A stretch of DNA of 64,000 nucleotides, taken from positions 182,776,001-182,840,000 of the forward strand of contig NC_042997.1 of assembly GCF_006345805.1 (NCBI RefSeq), written 5' to 3'. Positions 12,212 to 25,990 of the stretch are shown piece after piece. The notes beneath the pieces were generated by a model. That model had not been told where the DNA came from. It saw only the letters and a list, made by a program, of their open reading frames with translations, and did not search any database. The number at the start of each line of letters is the position of its first letter. Positions within the stretch are counted from its first letter, which is position 1. The translations under genes and the position numbers were made by a program. Source of the DNA: Octopus sinensis. Its lineage: Eukaryota.

Positions 12212-12801
12212 GTATGTTTCTGTGTTTGTGCATTCCAGTGTCTAATTGCGTCCTTTTTACTTCAAAACGTAACTTCGTCATTCGCTGACTGGAAATCGAT
12301 AATATGCGTACATTATGAATAAGAACTCTTTATCATTATGTAATGCTGTTTTTCCCGGGGGAGTGGTGAGTAGATAGCAGAATAGACAGCATGCAGGATA
12401 AAAGTCATACAGTATTTAGTTACCAGCAACTTAAACAGTCGCCAAGGACACCACATACTAGGAGTATCAGGTCATGTGTTTAGGACTTCCAAAATGTGTA
12501 TATAAGACTCAAAATGAAATAAAAGACACAATTCATAAAATATATAGTGCTTAGTTACGTAGGGGTAGTGTAGTTGCTGAATTTTGAAGCCTGATTTTGA
12601 CAGTAAAATGTAATTCGAAAAGCTGTTAAGAGAACATCGACAAAATTATTTTGAAATAATGAGCATGTATGAATAATGTTGATATAATTGCTAGCGCAAC
12701 TCTTTCGGATAAATCCATCTCTCCAAATTTTGTCGTTCAGTGTTTTTGAAGTAAAACTAATGAAAGGTGCTCTGCATTTCGGAGGGAAGAAGGATTGCAT
12801 A

Positions 12802-13249
12802 TGTAGTGACGCCTGGTTCCAGACGCCATTTTGGTATTTTCATCCACACATGCGCAAGGATTAGAGCTTTCCGGAAGGCCTACCGGAAGCCCCTTATGCG
12901 CATGCGCAATCAGCAGCAGCAGCTAGGCTTGACCGCCATTCTCTCTCTCTTCGGCCCCGGCTTCTGACCAGACAGGACGCATCTTAGACCAGCTCCATGG
13001 AGCTGGAATTCTGACGGCGAGCCACAATGCGAGTCTGTGAAAATGCCTTCGTATTTTTGTGTCTAACTACCAACCCTGCTGCTTCTCGCACACCAAGATG
13101 TCCAGGCTACCGATGTCCAGAGATGAAATGTTATTCAGGCGAAATAAATTATTATTGCTATTTGTTTGGAGATATTTGTTCCCGCTATTTTCCTTTCCAC
13201 GACTAAGGAATTGTGAGGTACCCATCCAGTGCCAACCTCACTTCCTACA
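12802..13249 (+). mobile_element. Solo LTR (Gypsy-type)
   Basis: TGTAG...CTACA termini, 4-bp TSD cata/cata, AATAAA near 13143. Confidence 0.75.
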
Positions 13250-14100
13250 CATACATGAACCAAAACCTTACGAACGCATTTGTATTGTCAATGCAGACTT
13301 GGGCGATATTGTCTAAGGAAGGAATTTTGAGTATTTTAAAAAGTAAATTTGAAAACTGGTCTCCAGAAGATGTCAACTACTATGATCCAATACACTAGCT
13401 AGGAGAATCATCTAAAACAGAAACTGATCTCATCATTATGAAAAGGAGTATATTCTATTAATAAGTGGCAAAGTTTACAAAAAGATACAAATAAAAGTGG
13501 GATCTCCGTGACAATGATTTATAAAAAAATTAACAACGGAGATAATCTCCCTAGAAAGTAGCTTGTTTATCCAGAGAGCACCAATAAAATTTATTGTTTT
13601 CGGTTTCTCAGATGAGTTATTTTAGGGAAAATCTGGAATTACTAATTGGAAGCATACTCATAAATATTTACAATCGCATGAATATTCAGCGTATCATATG
13701 GAGTGTTTTAAGAAGAGGTTTGAGACATCCTTGTCATTGCAGCACAATAAAATTATGGAGGAGAGGCAATCACGTGTGGGGGAAACGAGATCGTTGCTGT
13801 GAAGTTTTCGAATGTTTAATACGCATTAATGACTGCAACCATATTCTGAACAATGCTTTAGAGTTATTTTCTGGAGATGTAAATCTTCCGATAGAATCCA
13901 TTAGATTTATTAACAGTAATAAGTAACAAGATACCATACCAAATCTGTGGATTACATTGAGAACAAAGCTTACGATACCTGCATCTATGACCACAGAGGA
14001 GAGAAGCTTCGGTAAACTAAAGCTGATAAATCATACTGCCTTTGACAATTCTTTTGTCAATTGAAAGTGTTAAAAAAAAGCATATAGAGGGCGAGATAAA
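13250..14100 (+). pseudogene. Degenerate hAT transposase remnant (probably continues upstream of the solo LTR)
   Basis: PNLWITLRTKLTIPASMTTEERSFGKLKLIN at about 13940-14030 matches the hAT dimerisation motif. Confidence 0.7.
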
Positions 14101-14181
14101 AGTATTTACTGATTTAATTTAGTATGTTTTATCAGTATCTTTTTATTTATATGCTTTTATTTGGAGCAAATTCGTTATATC

Positions 14182-14748
14182 TGTAGTGGATAACACTGCT
14201 ACAGAACTTTTCCCACAGTGGAACGATGGTTTTTCTCTAACAGCAGTTTTACATTTTCCAGATGCCTTTAACCAGGCCGAAATATGTCTTCACTACTTGA
14301 CCCTTTCTAACCTCTTCTACTTCACCAAAAGCTAGAATAGAGATAACAAGACCACCAGCTAAATCTATTGTTCTCAATGATATATCTATCCTTCTGGATA
14401 CTTATAAAAGTAAGCACACCCTATGCAAAAATCAGCTAGTCACCAGTCGGTGACAACTCAGTGAGAACGAAGTCTGGCTGACCAGAAGGAGACAACGTCC
14501 CACACCCTACAACTCTCACAAGCTCTAATTCTGTTCTCTTACAATATCATTCTATCTCTCTCTGTATTTACTACTAAACAATGAAGAGGACACAAACACA
14601 AACTTTATTTCGCATACTTTTGGATTTGCCCGTCGAGGCAAGGCATTTTTAACATAACGGTAAATAAATATTTCCTTAAAACATCATGCATTGTCCATCT
14701 TTCACATCCTACAGTATGCAATTATAGCAACAAATTTTTATCGTTACA
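14182..14748 (+). mobile_element. LTR (same family as 44443-45161)
   Basis: TGTAG start, GTTACA end, AATAAA, homology to the other copies; TSD not evident. Confidence 0.7.
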
Positions 14749-15125
14749 ACGGCTGACTTCGACCCTCATCATCATTATTGTTTACTAATCAATTTCACTC
14801 GCTACAACTGGTAACTACACTAATTAAAAATTACCCGTTACATATCCATAGGAAATCAATGGCACCTTTCGCACTGACTCTGTCTCATTGATCCTCCTTT
14901 CAGTTTCTTTTTGCAACTAAAATATACCAAGATCATTGCCAATACCCTAAATATCTCTCTTTCTCCGCCTCTCTCCCCCCGTCTCTCTCTCTCTCTCTCT
15001 CGTTTTATCCTGGTTTATAAATGAAAGGATTTGAAACGTAGATGCTGTGTTTGAACTGTTCTCTTTAACATGTGTATTGAATAATCCCACTCTCCTAGTT
15101 ATATTCGTGTAGGCGCTTGACAAAG

Positions 15126-15310
15126 ATCCGCGTGACTTAGTGGTTAAGGTGTCAGACACATATAAGTAAAATTGTGGTTTTGATTCCTAGACCGAGCGAC
15201 GCGTTGTGTTCTTGAGCAAAACACTTCATTGTATGTTGCTCCAATCCGCTCATCTGGCAAGAATGAGTAATCTTACGACGGACCGGCGTCCTGCCCAGGA
15301 GGGAATATAC
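15126..15310 (+). mobile_element. tRNA-derived SINE, V-domain-like
   Basis: A/B-box remnants followed by TGTTCTTGAGCAAAACACTT; similar copies at 17026 and 31680. Confidence 0.55.
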
Positions 15311-15379
15311 ACGCCACAGAATCAGAGTTGGGTAGGATTTTTATCCTATCTTTTTTTTCTATCTATCCTAGTTACATTG

Positions 15380-15575
15380 GTTTCAATATAATTTCGGGAG
15401 AGAGGATGAGTCGGTTACATCGACCCCGGTGATCAAGTGGTACTTATTTTATCGACCCCGAAAGTATAAAAGGAAAAGTCGACATCGGCGGGATATGGAA
15501 TCATAACGAAAAGAAGGACTAAATGCCGCTAACCATTTTGCCCGGCGAGCTCACTATTCTACTTGTTCGCCGCTC
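15380..15575 (-). mobile_element. SINE family B monomer (MetaSINE-like)
   Basis: Reverse complement of the 26728 head and GGGGTCGATAAAATAAGTACC core. Confidence 0.7.
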
Positions 15576-15718
15576 ACCTCTCTCCTAGTTATATTAATAA
15601 AGGGATTTGAAACGGTGTGTTTTAACTGTTCTCTTTAACTTAAATATTAAAAATCACTTTATCCCTACATTTGATGCTTGTAATAATCTTGACGATAATA
15701 ATTTTTGAAAATTATACA

Positions 15719-16467
15719 TACGAAGTCTGATCAATAAATATCCGGAGTGTTGCAGAGTAAAGTCGCTTGGCACAAATTGACCTTAAACTCTGCTGTGCAA
15801 GTGCACTAAGTTTTAACGTTCTAGCTCACTTCTACTGTTTACAGCAGTGCTTGTGAAGGAAGATGTGTTGTGTGTGATCGTCGCATTGACTATAACAGAG
15901 AAAGTTGTCATGGCGATACCTGCTCAGAGGCCTACGCAGGGTTGCAGAAAGTGCATGAAGAGGAGTGTATGAGCCGCATACAAGTGTACAAGATGGCCGA
16001 AAAAATGTCGATATCGACGATCGTTCTGGGAGACCTGCAACCAGCAAAACTGAGAAAAAAACATAGCAGATGTCCGTGCAGCTGTGAGGGGAAATCGTCG
16101 AATCACCATTCGTGAGTTATCAGAGGATGTGCAGATTAGTTACCGCTCAGTTCAATCCATTATCACTGAAGATTTGAGTATGAGACGCGTGTCTGCAAGT
16201 TTGTACCAAAACTGTTTTCATCTGATCAAAAAGACACTCGGGTTTCAGTTGCACAAGATCTCCTTGATTGTGTTGAGAATGATGAAAACTTTTTGAAAAC
16301 TTTGTGTAGGCCTCTGAACAGGTATCACCAAGCTTTTGGCAAAATTCGATGCTGATTCTCTGTTCAACTTGCTCTGTCATGGTCAATGCGACGATCACAC
16401 GCTACACACCTTCCTTCCAAGCACTGCTGTAAACTGCAGAAGTGAGCTAGAGCGTTTAAACTTAGTG
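15719..16467 (+). mobile_element. Mariner-derived fold-back element (5' region duplicated in inverted orientation)
   Basis: RRITIRELSEDVQISYRSVQSIITEDLSMRRVSA (mariner HTH); 15806-15930 is inverted at 16305-16467. Confidence 0.8.
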
Positions 16468-16741
16468 ATCAGACCACATATAAGGGTGCCGCAATTCAGC
16501 TATGTCAGATTGCCAGCAAACCTGGGGCTGAGTTTTATTTACATCCATAGTACATTGGAATATGTGGTATGTGATCTGCAGGATGTCGTTAGAACATCAG
16601 TTTTATTGGGAAAATTATTAGTAGTATTATTGTACAAATTATAATTTCGATTAGGATTGTTTGGGCTCTGATTAAATATCACCAAAATAAAAGATATTGC
16701 ATACATACGCATCTTTTCTATTTTTGTCTTCACGTACGTAA

Positions 16742-16778
<37 letters not shown>

Positions 16779-16941
16779 CATGCATGCAGTTCTATGATGG
16801 CTTAACTGGCTAAAAGTTCGAAGTCACTGTCAACAACATTCTTGTGTAAGGATAATAAATTCGTACCCCACTAACTAACGTAAAATCGTTTTTATTATTA
16901 ATGCACATAAAAACAAATACACACACACACACGCACGCACG

Positions 16942-17005
<64 letters not shown>

Positions 17006-17025
17006 GAGAGAGAGAGAGAGAGAGA

Positions 17026-17295
17026 AGGCTCTTGGCTTAGCGGTTAGGATTTTGGGGGCTCATGATCGTAAGCCGCGAGTTCGAATACCGGCGGTGAGTT
17101 GTGTCCTTGAGCAAGACATTTTATTTCACGTTACTCCGGTTTACTCAGCTTCCAGAAAGGAGTAGTTCCTGTATTTCAAAGTGTACGCATGTCTGTGGAG
17201 CACTCAACCACATACATGTTAATTCTCGAGCAGACTCTTTCGATTATTGCAATCGTCTGATCGAAAGTCCCACACATACGAAGGCTGCGACCATT
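17026..17295 (+). mobile_element. tRNA-derived SINE, V-domain-like
   Basis: TGGCTTAGCGG A box, GAGTTCGAATACC B box, GTGTCCTTGAGCAAGACA. Confidence 0.6.
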
Positions 17296-17299
17296 TTTC

Positions 17300-19240
17300 A
17301 GCTTTTGGTATCTCTTTGGAGTTCAGCAGTAATCCGCCATCATGTTTACATTCCACCTCCCCTGGTAACTCCGCTCCATTTCTTTAATGTCCTGGTGAAA
17401 TCTCTCACCGTGCTCTTCATTTAGATAGCCAAGGTACTCCGGGGAATAGTCGAGGTGTGAGTGAAAAAAGTGCATTTTAACACTCGTGTTGCACCAAAGC
17501 TTCTTGAAGTTTTGCAACTTGTATCAATTACGACTTTGTAATTTCAACACTTATTGCTTCACCCAAAAGTTCTCGACAACACATTTGAGCTCACCCGTGC
17601 TTGTTTTTGAGATTCATTCATAGATTTCTCATAATCTGGGATTTTCGTTAGTTTACGAATGTCGGGACCAACAAATATTCCTGCTTTAATTTTCTCTCTG
17701 GTTATATTTGGGAATTTTTTTGAGAGATACTGCAAACATGGTCCATCTGCAGGCAAAGATTTAACAAACTGTTTCACGAAAACCAGTTTGATTTGCAAAG
17801 GTGCTAACAGTGCTTTTGAAGGTTCAATCAAGAACTCATGCAGAACGTTTTTGGATCCAGGTAATAAACTTCTTTGTGGCCAGTTTTTACCAACCATCCA
17901 GTGCTTTTCTTTAGCTCTGCTGTCTCACTCACATAAAAAAACATGGCATTTTTGTGTAGCCTGCCTGCTGGGCTATAAGCACGCCTATATTTTGAAATCA
18001 CCACACACTTGCCAATGGTATTCTGTATACTTGATAATTAACAAAAGTTTATTTTTACATTTTCATACGCTTCCTTTAGTTGACAGAATGTGTCACTGGA
18101 ATGGAGGAATATTTATTTCCATTGTGTAGCAAGACAGTCTTCAAAATCCTTTTGGATGAATTAATGAATAGCCTCCATTCTGAAGGATTGCTCTTGATCT
18201 CAAAATAGGTTAACAGGTTTGGAATATTACAACAAAACGTCATTGATTCATCCTCAGCAAAGAATGGTAACAACTCGTGTTCCCTGTGACGATACCAAGA
18301 AAAGAAGGTTCCCGGTAACAATAGCTTTTTCATTTTTAGCCTAGAACCAAGAAGTTCCGTTGTATTCTTTGGTAGGTTCAAATGTCTCACCAAATTATTG
18401 AGCTCTCCCTGTGTAAGTAACTGCAGGCTTTCGATTTTGTCAGGAGTGTAGTCAACACCTTCTTCATCACTATCTGATGTAACATTCTCCAAAACAAGTG
18501 GGGGGGAGGAACTGGCATGTCAACCATATGTGCAATAGGCCTTATAGCAGAGGGAATACTATTATACACTATCTTATGTTTATTTTTTGCACTGCACCCA
18601 TCAACTTTAGTTATGTAGAAATAACAACCGTCAACGTGGTTACTCGGCTCTCGCCACACCATTGGTATTCTAAAAGGCATTTCTTTTTCTTACCAGCTTT
18701 CCAGAGAGTCTCAGCCCCGCTACATAAATGCAACTGACCGAGTTTAACACCAAAATAAGCGAAGTATAGATGTTTTATAAGATCAGTTATATTTTGTCTC
18801 TGCTTAATGACAACATACCTGTCACGAATGTAGCAGAATATGTCTTGATTGTTCACGCACTTACATCTATATGCGCTTATTTTAAATGAAGTCTCTGCGT
18901 AAATATCACCAACGACTGACCTCTGGAACTACTAAAACAACACTAAAGCATCAGTTAGCAATCATGTACACAGCTTTTTAAGGTCACGTCATCTGTCAGA
19001 GTTGCCAACTTAATAAGTTTTATATTGGCTGCTATTTTACCTTTGCTAATATTAGGTCAGTATTGGTTTATAGCAATCTATTCTGTTGAGCAAAACAAGT
19101 CAGATAATCACTGTCATCTGATTCTCTGATACCATAATACAGAAAAACTAGACGTGACGGAGAAAAACTAACAGATCTGAAATCAGCGTAAAAATTGCTT
19201 CAAAAAGTTACGCACACATTTAAACAGAGAAAATAATGCA
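17300..19240 (-). mobile_element. Chapaev3-like (CMC superfamily) DNA transposon with frameshifted transposase
   Basis: FCYI..., PMVWREP.NH..CYF, LFINSSKRILKTVLLHNGN, PLQIKL..VKQFVK, HFFHSHLD..P...EEHGERFHQDI..ME..YQG across ORFs 17323-18856. Confidence 0.8.
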
Positions 19241-19280
19241 AACTTGTCTTATTTGTTTGTGTATGTTAATTCATTGTGAA

Positions 19281-19388
19281 TTTTAAATGTCATTATAATG
19301 TAAATTATTTTTTTAAATGTCATTATAATGTAAATTATTTTTTTAAATGTCATTATAATGTAAATTATTTTTTTAAATGTCATTATAC
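19281..19388. repeat. 30-bp minisatellite, about 3.5 copies
   Basis: TTTTAAATGTCATTATAATGTAAATTATTT repeated. Confidence 0.9.
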
Positions 19389-19438
19389 TAGACTTATCAT
19401 GATTCTTTCTGTAAATCTATTTGAAATGTTTTGAGCAG

Positions 19439-19688
19439 CAGTGCTTCTCAAACTACCTGATATGACGTACCGGCAGTTTTTTTTCCCCAATGTGCCAGGG
19501 ACCGGTAATATTTCTTAGTAATATTAACTTATACCGAAAACAATATATTTAATGAATATAATAAAAGTTGACAATTTTTTTAAAATCTTATATTTACCTT
19601 GTAAACAAACAATACAATATTACATAAGCATTTTATGTTTCTTTCTTTTCTAGAAACACACCGCGGACCACCACTTTGAGTAGCACTG
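19439..19688. mobile_element. hAT-type MITE
   Basis: TIRs CAGTGCTTCTCAAA / TTTGAGTAGCACTG; TSD degraded. Confidence 0.65.
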
Positions 19689-19852
19689 ATATACAGCACA
19701 TTTTGGGGCCTTTTTCTTTTGAATGTAATAAATCACTTCCTTTAAAAAGTAACTCTAAAACATACATAATAGAAACCTATTTATATAAATACTTGTGAGA
19801 TAAGAATTTCAACTTCTACCGCCAACTGTTTTTCAATATTTCCTGTAATTAA

Positions 19853-20300
19853 GGCGACGAGTTGGCAGAATCGTTGCCGCGCGGGAAAAATACTAAGTAG
19901 CATTACTTCCGTCTTTATATTCTTGGCTTCAAATGCCGCTGGGATCGACTTTGCTGTTTATCCTTTCGGGGTCAATAAAATAAGTATTGGTCGAGCACTG
20001 GGGTCGATTTAATCGACTTGGACTCTCCCCTAAAACCACGGGCTTTGTGCCAAAATTTGAAACCGATATTTCCCGAGGTTAAGGCAACGAGCTGGCAGAA
20101 TTGTTAGCACACCAGGCAAAATGTTTAGCGGCATTTCGTCCGACTTCACGTTCTGAGTCCAAATTCTGCCGGGTTTGACTTTGCCTTTCATCTTTTAGGG
20201 GTCGATAAAACAATTACCAGTTGAGTACTGGGATTGATGTAATCGACTTCTCCCCTCCCCCGAAATTGCTGCCCTTGTGCCAAAATTTGAAATCAATATT
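19853..20300 (+). mobile_element. Two tandem SINE family B monomers
   Basis: Each has GGC.ACGAG.TGGCAGAA head, B box and CCTTT.GGGGTC.ATAAAA core. Confidence 0.8.
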
Positions 20301-20554
20301 TCCTGAAGTTTGTAATGGAGAGAGACATTATTTTCAAGAGAAGTCTGAGAATCAAATGTCCATCTGTCCATCCATCCAACCACTCATCCATTTTTGTTAT
20401 CTCCTATTCCTGAGAGTGGACATCATGACCAACGGTCAACATCACTATTTATGTCCCATATGCACTCCGTCGCTCCATATATTTCGTACTTGTAATTTAA
20501 AGGACCAACCTTTTGATAAAGTATAACATGCTGATTCTGCCGGGGAATATTCTT

Positions 20555-20741
20555 CTATTCTTTTATTTCTTTCAGTCATTTGACTGAGACTTTGCTGGAG
20601 CACTGCCTTGAAGGATTTTAGTCGAACAAATCGACCCCAGGACTTATTTTTTAACCCTAGTACTTATTCTATCGCTCTCTTTTGCCGAACCTCTAAGTTA
20701 TGGGTGGTAAATACACCAATGCCGGTTGTCGAGCGGTGATG

Positions 20742-20772
<31 letters not shown>

Positions 20773-20906
20773 TATACGGCGGTATTCTTTCAGATTCCGT
20801 CTACCAAATTCACTCACAAGGCTTTGGTCGGCCTCAGGCTGTAGAAGACACTTGCCCAAGGTGCCACGCAATGGGACTGAACCCAGAACCATGTGGTTGG
20901 GAAGCG
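20555..20906 (-). mobile_element. SINE family A copy with internal (CA)n
   Basis: Reverse complement of the 1622 head and tail. Confidence 0.8.
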
Positions 20907-21719
20907 CTAAAGATACAATTGTATAGGGTGTCGCAAAATAGGATCATTCGTTGAAGTAGTGTCACCTGGTTGCTGTGATGCGTCACGTATCGTCGAGATT
21001 GGTTGTGTACACATCACACCTCCGTTTTCAGCTTTTACAGCTGGCCAACAGAAATTCCAAATAGAGAGCTGTGTGTAAGTTTTCCCTTGACACTACATAA
21101 CTTCTCCAGAAGCAAAGCCTAGGTATTATTTTTTTGTGGTGATATATGGTAAACCTCCCAAGAACTCAATGATGGTCTGCAACCAGAGAGGTGGCATGTG
21201 AACTACTGAAGTGTAATCACGCCTTAGTACCTATTGACAACCATATTCCCAATTATGGGTAAAATAAACTCATTTCCTTGTGAGTGCTGCAGATAGCAAC
21301 ATGGTAAGGGAAACAAGCCCTGGTAGAAATATCAGGATGAAGACCCATAGGCGGTAAAATATGTGTATTTGGCAGTTTTCTTGGCAATTTCTGCAACCAA
21401 ACTGAGACCGGATGTTCTGGCTTTGATTTCTCTTGACTGCACAAGTGAAGTTGAGGATGAGATCATGAGTAATCCAAGACTTCCATAGAACTTCATAAAC
21501 TCCTTTTTACATCTCTCTTTCTCTCTTCAACTCTCTCACTCTCTTTTGTCGCCATGAGAGGACGTTACGTCTTTATGAAAGAAAGGCACAACTGGAGAGG
21601 CAAAAATTACAAGTTATGAGTCCTGTCTAAATTGTCAGAGAGAGGGAGAGAGGGAGAGAGAGAAAGAAGAGGGACGCTATGTACTGTCTCTGTCAGAAGA
21701 AAGAAATTGTTGTAGTTCC

Positions 21720-22600
21720 ACTGAATAGCTTCTACTCGTCTTAAACTGGACATACCCCATGCAATAAGGTGGTGATCCGCTAGAATTTCGTTACTTCTTT
21801 GGGTGTTAAGAACTTAAGGTGTTTGCTTGAAAAAATTCGAAAAAGATTCTAGCACTTCGTAAAGCAAGCTGTAATGTTAGAACTGTGATGCTAAGTTCGA
21901 CCAGATTCTGCAATTAATCGATGATAGACGCAAAGCAGCTATTATTGATACTGAACTCACAAGATTAAATGTGGACACTGCTGCACTTCTTGAGACAAGA
22001 TTTTCGAATGATGGGCCAATAAAGGGAAACAATACACTTTTTTTGGAAAAGAAAAGCGCAAACTGATGGATGAAAGCATGGCGTTGGTTTCCAGTAAAAG
22101 CATCTTCCTAACTAATGACAGAAACCTCTACTGCCAGTATTGAATGAATATTAATCCTAACAATAAATCTTGAATCCTAACAATAATTCTTGTGACAGCT
22201 TAAATTCCTATGTTTAACTTAAGTAATGAAGCGAAAGGCCAGTAATCAGAAGGCTTCAATTTGGAGATTACAACGCTAAAGTCGGTGCGGAGCATAATGT
22301 TTGATCTATAAGTATCGACTGTCACAGAGTGGGTTAAAAACGTACGAAAATGGTCAGAGATTGCCTGAAGTACGATGTCCCAGAAACCTCTGCACTATAA
22401 ATACCAACTTCCTTAACAAGCACAAACATAGTTTCACGGGTACATACAATATCGTGTCAGTGGCACCAACTGGATCTCGTCATTGTCAGAATAAACTGTC
22501 TCCGAACTATTTACAACACACGAAGCTTCGAAAGAGATGACTGTCACTTCGATCACTCTTTCAACATTAGCAATGTTGCATTACAGTCGAGAAAAATATT
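21720..22600 (+). mobile_element. Degenerate RTE LINE 5' part (APE endonuclease)
   Basis: ASCNVRT..., RKAAIIDTELTRLNVDTAALLETRF, YENGQRL.E motifs. Confidence 0.7.
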
Positions 22601-23287
22601 CCATAGTGGAAAACCTGAAGCGACCCTCTATGATCCACTCTATCCACTCAGATACAAGCAGTAACTTCATCTCCATCGATGTTATTGTCCAAGCTAATGA
22701 TCACTTAGTTTCATTTTCCACTGACTGGTCTACCATTGATGTGTAGGTGCAGTTAGCCCACTTGACAGCGGGTTTAAAACAAGCTTGCTAGATGGCGTTA
22801 GAGCATGAGATTCTGGCACGAGGCCTTACGACTACCTTTTTCTGCATCGGGACACGAGACTGTGAAGATGTAACCCAACTGGCGCTCTGACAAAACACGC
22901 CAGCTAGCAGACAGGCAGGAGCAACGCACAGGAGAAGACCATGGCTTCCATGCATCAAACCATTTTCGTTTATCACCCAGCTTGTATATATATATATATA
23001 CGTGTAGCCACATTAAAGGCATTTAAATTTGCCGCCTTGTTTCATGTATTTCTTTATGCCGGGTTTCCTGTCAAATGATATTACAGCCTTCTGAGTAGAG
23101 TCATATTAGATGGCTCCACAACATGTCCATCTAAAGATGTATTCGGGGAGAAAGAAAGGTCACTTGTTGACTAGTATGAGAATAACCTAATCAAATACAC
23201 TCTCCCTTACTTAAATTATTCTGTCAGCATTTTCTTCATTTCCTTTTTTTATATATCACAACTCGTGTTCCACATCTCCTTTTTTAA

Positions 23288-23318
<31 letters not shown>

Positions 23319-23499
23319 ATACATAAAAGAAGGCTTCCACAGAGTTCCGTCAACAATCAAATTCACTCACAAGGCATTGGTCAATTCTTAGCGGGATCGA
23401 ATCCACGTGGCTGCGAAGCGAACTTCTTTACCACACAGCTATACTCGTAGGCTCAATCATAACTAACAATTTGCTTCTAAATGCTGAGATAATTGCGTG

Positions 23500-24060
23500 A
23501 GTCAATAACGCCGTTACTTATATGACTAAAACCACTAACAAAGTTTAGGAGGACTTACTGTGAGCATCTAATTGAAGATTCATTTATCAAGCTTACGTTC
23601 TCAGCTGTCTCCCATACGATAGCAAAACATGGAAGATATATGCCAAAGAATCTTAAATTCGTACCACTTGAGATGTGTTCCTAAAACTTGGGAACGGAAA
23701 GACAATGTTACTAGCATCTAGATCCTTGGCAGAGCAGGATCTGAGATCATATCTGCAACATTTAGTAAGCATCACTTGCAATGGCTTGGTCAGGTACACC
23801 ACATAAATATAGATTTCAGTAGAGCTAGCTTGAATGCGAATATGTCCAACAGATAAAGGAATGTGCCAAAGGACCTCTGTCCGGGACACATTAAAACAGA
23901 GTCAAAGGAAGATATGGCACCAAAACCTTTCTGGTGGAAACATGTGAAGGCAGGAGTGAAAAGACGAGAACGATTAGAATTGACTTCGAGCATTAGAAAA
24001 ACAAAGATGGAAAGCATTAGGACTCGCAAATCCATTCTGACACTCACTAACCACATGTCA
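23500..24060 (+). mobile_element. RTE LINE 3' remnant
   Basis: RM....MPKDL... and WWKHVKAGVKR-like C-terminal motifs. Confidence 0.45.
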
Positions 24061-25777
24061 CCTCTTGTTAAGCCTGCTTTAACCTCTTGCCATGACCGCG
24101 ATATAAAAATAACAGCTAGACACAGATCTACGTTTTTTCATTTATCTCTGTTACTTTTGTACTGGGGCATAAATGTAAAGGCGGAAATATATCTAGCAAT
24201 TTCTACCTGTGATTTAGCTGAGTCCTCAATTTTTAAAAGTATATCAAATGTGCCATAACTTTTCCCGTCTTCGGTCGAGAGGGTTTCTCTTGAGATGTCC
24301 TGAAGTACTTGTATCTCTTCCCATGAGGCCAGGTTTAGACTAACTCCATACTTTTGGAAACACAGTTATATAATTTTTTTCTTTTTATTCTCATCTGTAG
24401 TCCCCACAGATGAAGATGAGTTTTCATCTATGGTGATTACAATACGGATTGTCACTCACGAATAGACTTACACAGCCATTGAATACAATATGCTAGCATA
24501 ATGAAGATATAGGAAGGGAGTGGTGGTAAGGGGTGAAACAAGAAGGGGGAAAAGAAGAAATTTCCCAAAATCTCCTAGAAAGGACAGAGGCCGACAATGA
24601 TAGGTGGATATGAAGAGCTCAACCCTTTATACTATAACACAATATAAGTCGATCGAACAATTGGAATTCTTATCGTCGGGGCAAATGCAAGATACATCAT
24701 CATCAGATATTGATTAGATTTCTTCCAAGACTAAATGTTTACATACATCCAACTGAATATCAAATAACTGCACTTGACTCGATGTGGTGGTATATTCTAG
24801 GTGAACAGAAATCGGGACAAAATTTTGATTCTTGGTTGAAATAGTTTCACAGAAAGGCAGAAACTTACTTTTTCTCTTTTGTCCGCATGCAACTGTCGAT
24901 ATTTCTCGTTTGATTTATCATGATCACTATCCCTTGCATTTATTTCCTACAGGCTATCTCATAGAAAAGCTCTTTCTAAATGATACCATCAGCGACAGAA
25001 GAGTTCTGCGTGTTTTTGTTTTGTTATATTTCTATGTTCTAGTTGATGTTGTCTTAACCTCTGATATTTGCATATCTAAATTAGATCTTTAAACCAAGCA
25101 TAAATTTCGCCACATGACCTTGCACTGCTTCTGGTCGATAATGATATCGTATAATTTATTGGATTGACGTAAAGGATTTTTCTCATTGACTGGATCTCTG
25201 ATAGGGGACTTCTGTTCCAAATATTTCTAATCATGTCGTTGCCAAGAAACAAACGCCTTATTTAGATGTTTGTTTGTGAATATATTTAAGTATTCATTGC
25301 GTTGATGATAATAAAAAAAAACATAATTTATGATATACTAGTAGAAAAATGTACACAAATGTCCTTTGTATCCCTTTGCGGAAAGAAACAGAAGGACTGG
25401 CCTGATCGGTCCCGACTCTTTTAAGTTGCATGTCGTGTGATTTCTCTAATATATTGTCAATTGATTAAAAGACTTTTATTAAATATTTTAAATAATTTCT
25501 ACTAAAAGAGTTTAATTAAAAATTAGTGTTTGTGTTTTTATCTGAATAAAATTTTAGGTAAGTCAACCACTCTGCTTCTCCATAAACTTATACGCCTGAA
25601 AAATGTCGAATACACCGATGATTAGGTGGACTAGAGTTCAAAGGAAATTGCTGAAACTTTAAAAGACATCAGTAATGGGTCAGCGCAGATTACAGCACTC
25701 AATAGTTTGCACCACATGATAGTTAAGTTAAGTCAAGACACACACCATCACATGCCTTTAATATGTGCGTCATTATA

Positions 25778-25990
25778 AGGTAGCGAACTGGCAGAATCGT
25801 TACCGTGCCGGGCAAAATGCTTAGCGGCATTTCTTCTGCCGCTACGTTCTGAGTTAAAATCCCGCCTAGGTCGACCTTGCCTTTTATCCTTTCTGTATCG
25901 ATAAAATAAGTACGAGTTAGGCACTGGGTTCGATGTAATCGAATTATCCTTTCCCCGAAGTTGCTGGACTTGTGGTAAGATTTGAAACTA
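25778..25990 (+). mobile_element. SINE family B monomer
   Basis: Homologous to the 26728 head and core. Confidence 0.8.

Noticed and set aside
24300-25300. Possible hAT transposase remnant on the minus strand
   Set aside because: Too degenerate to support with a clear motif
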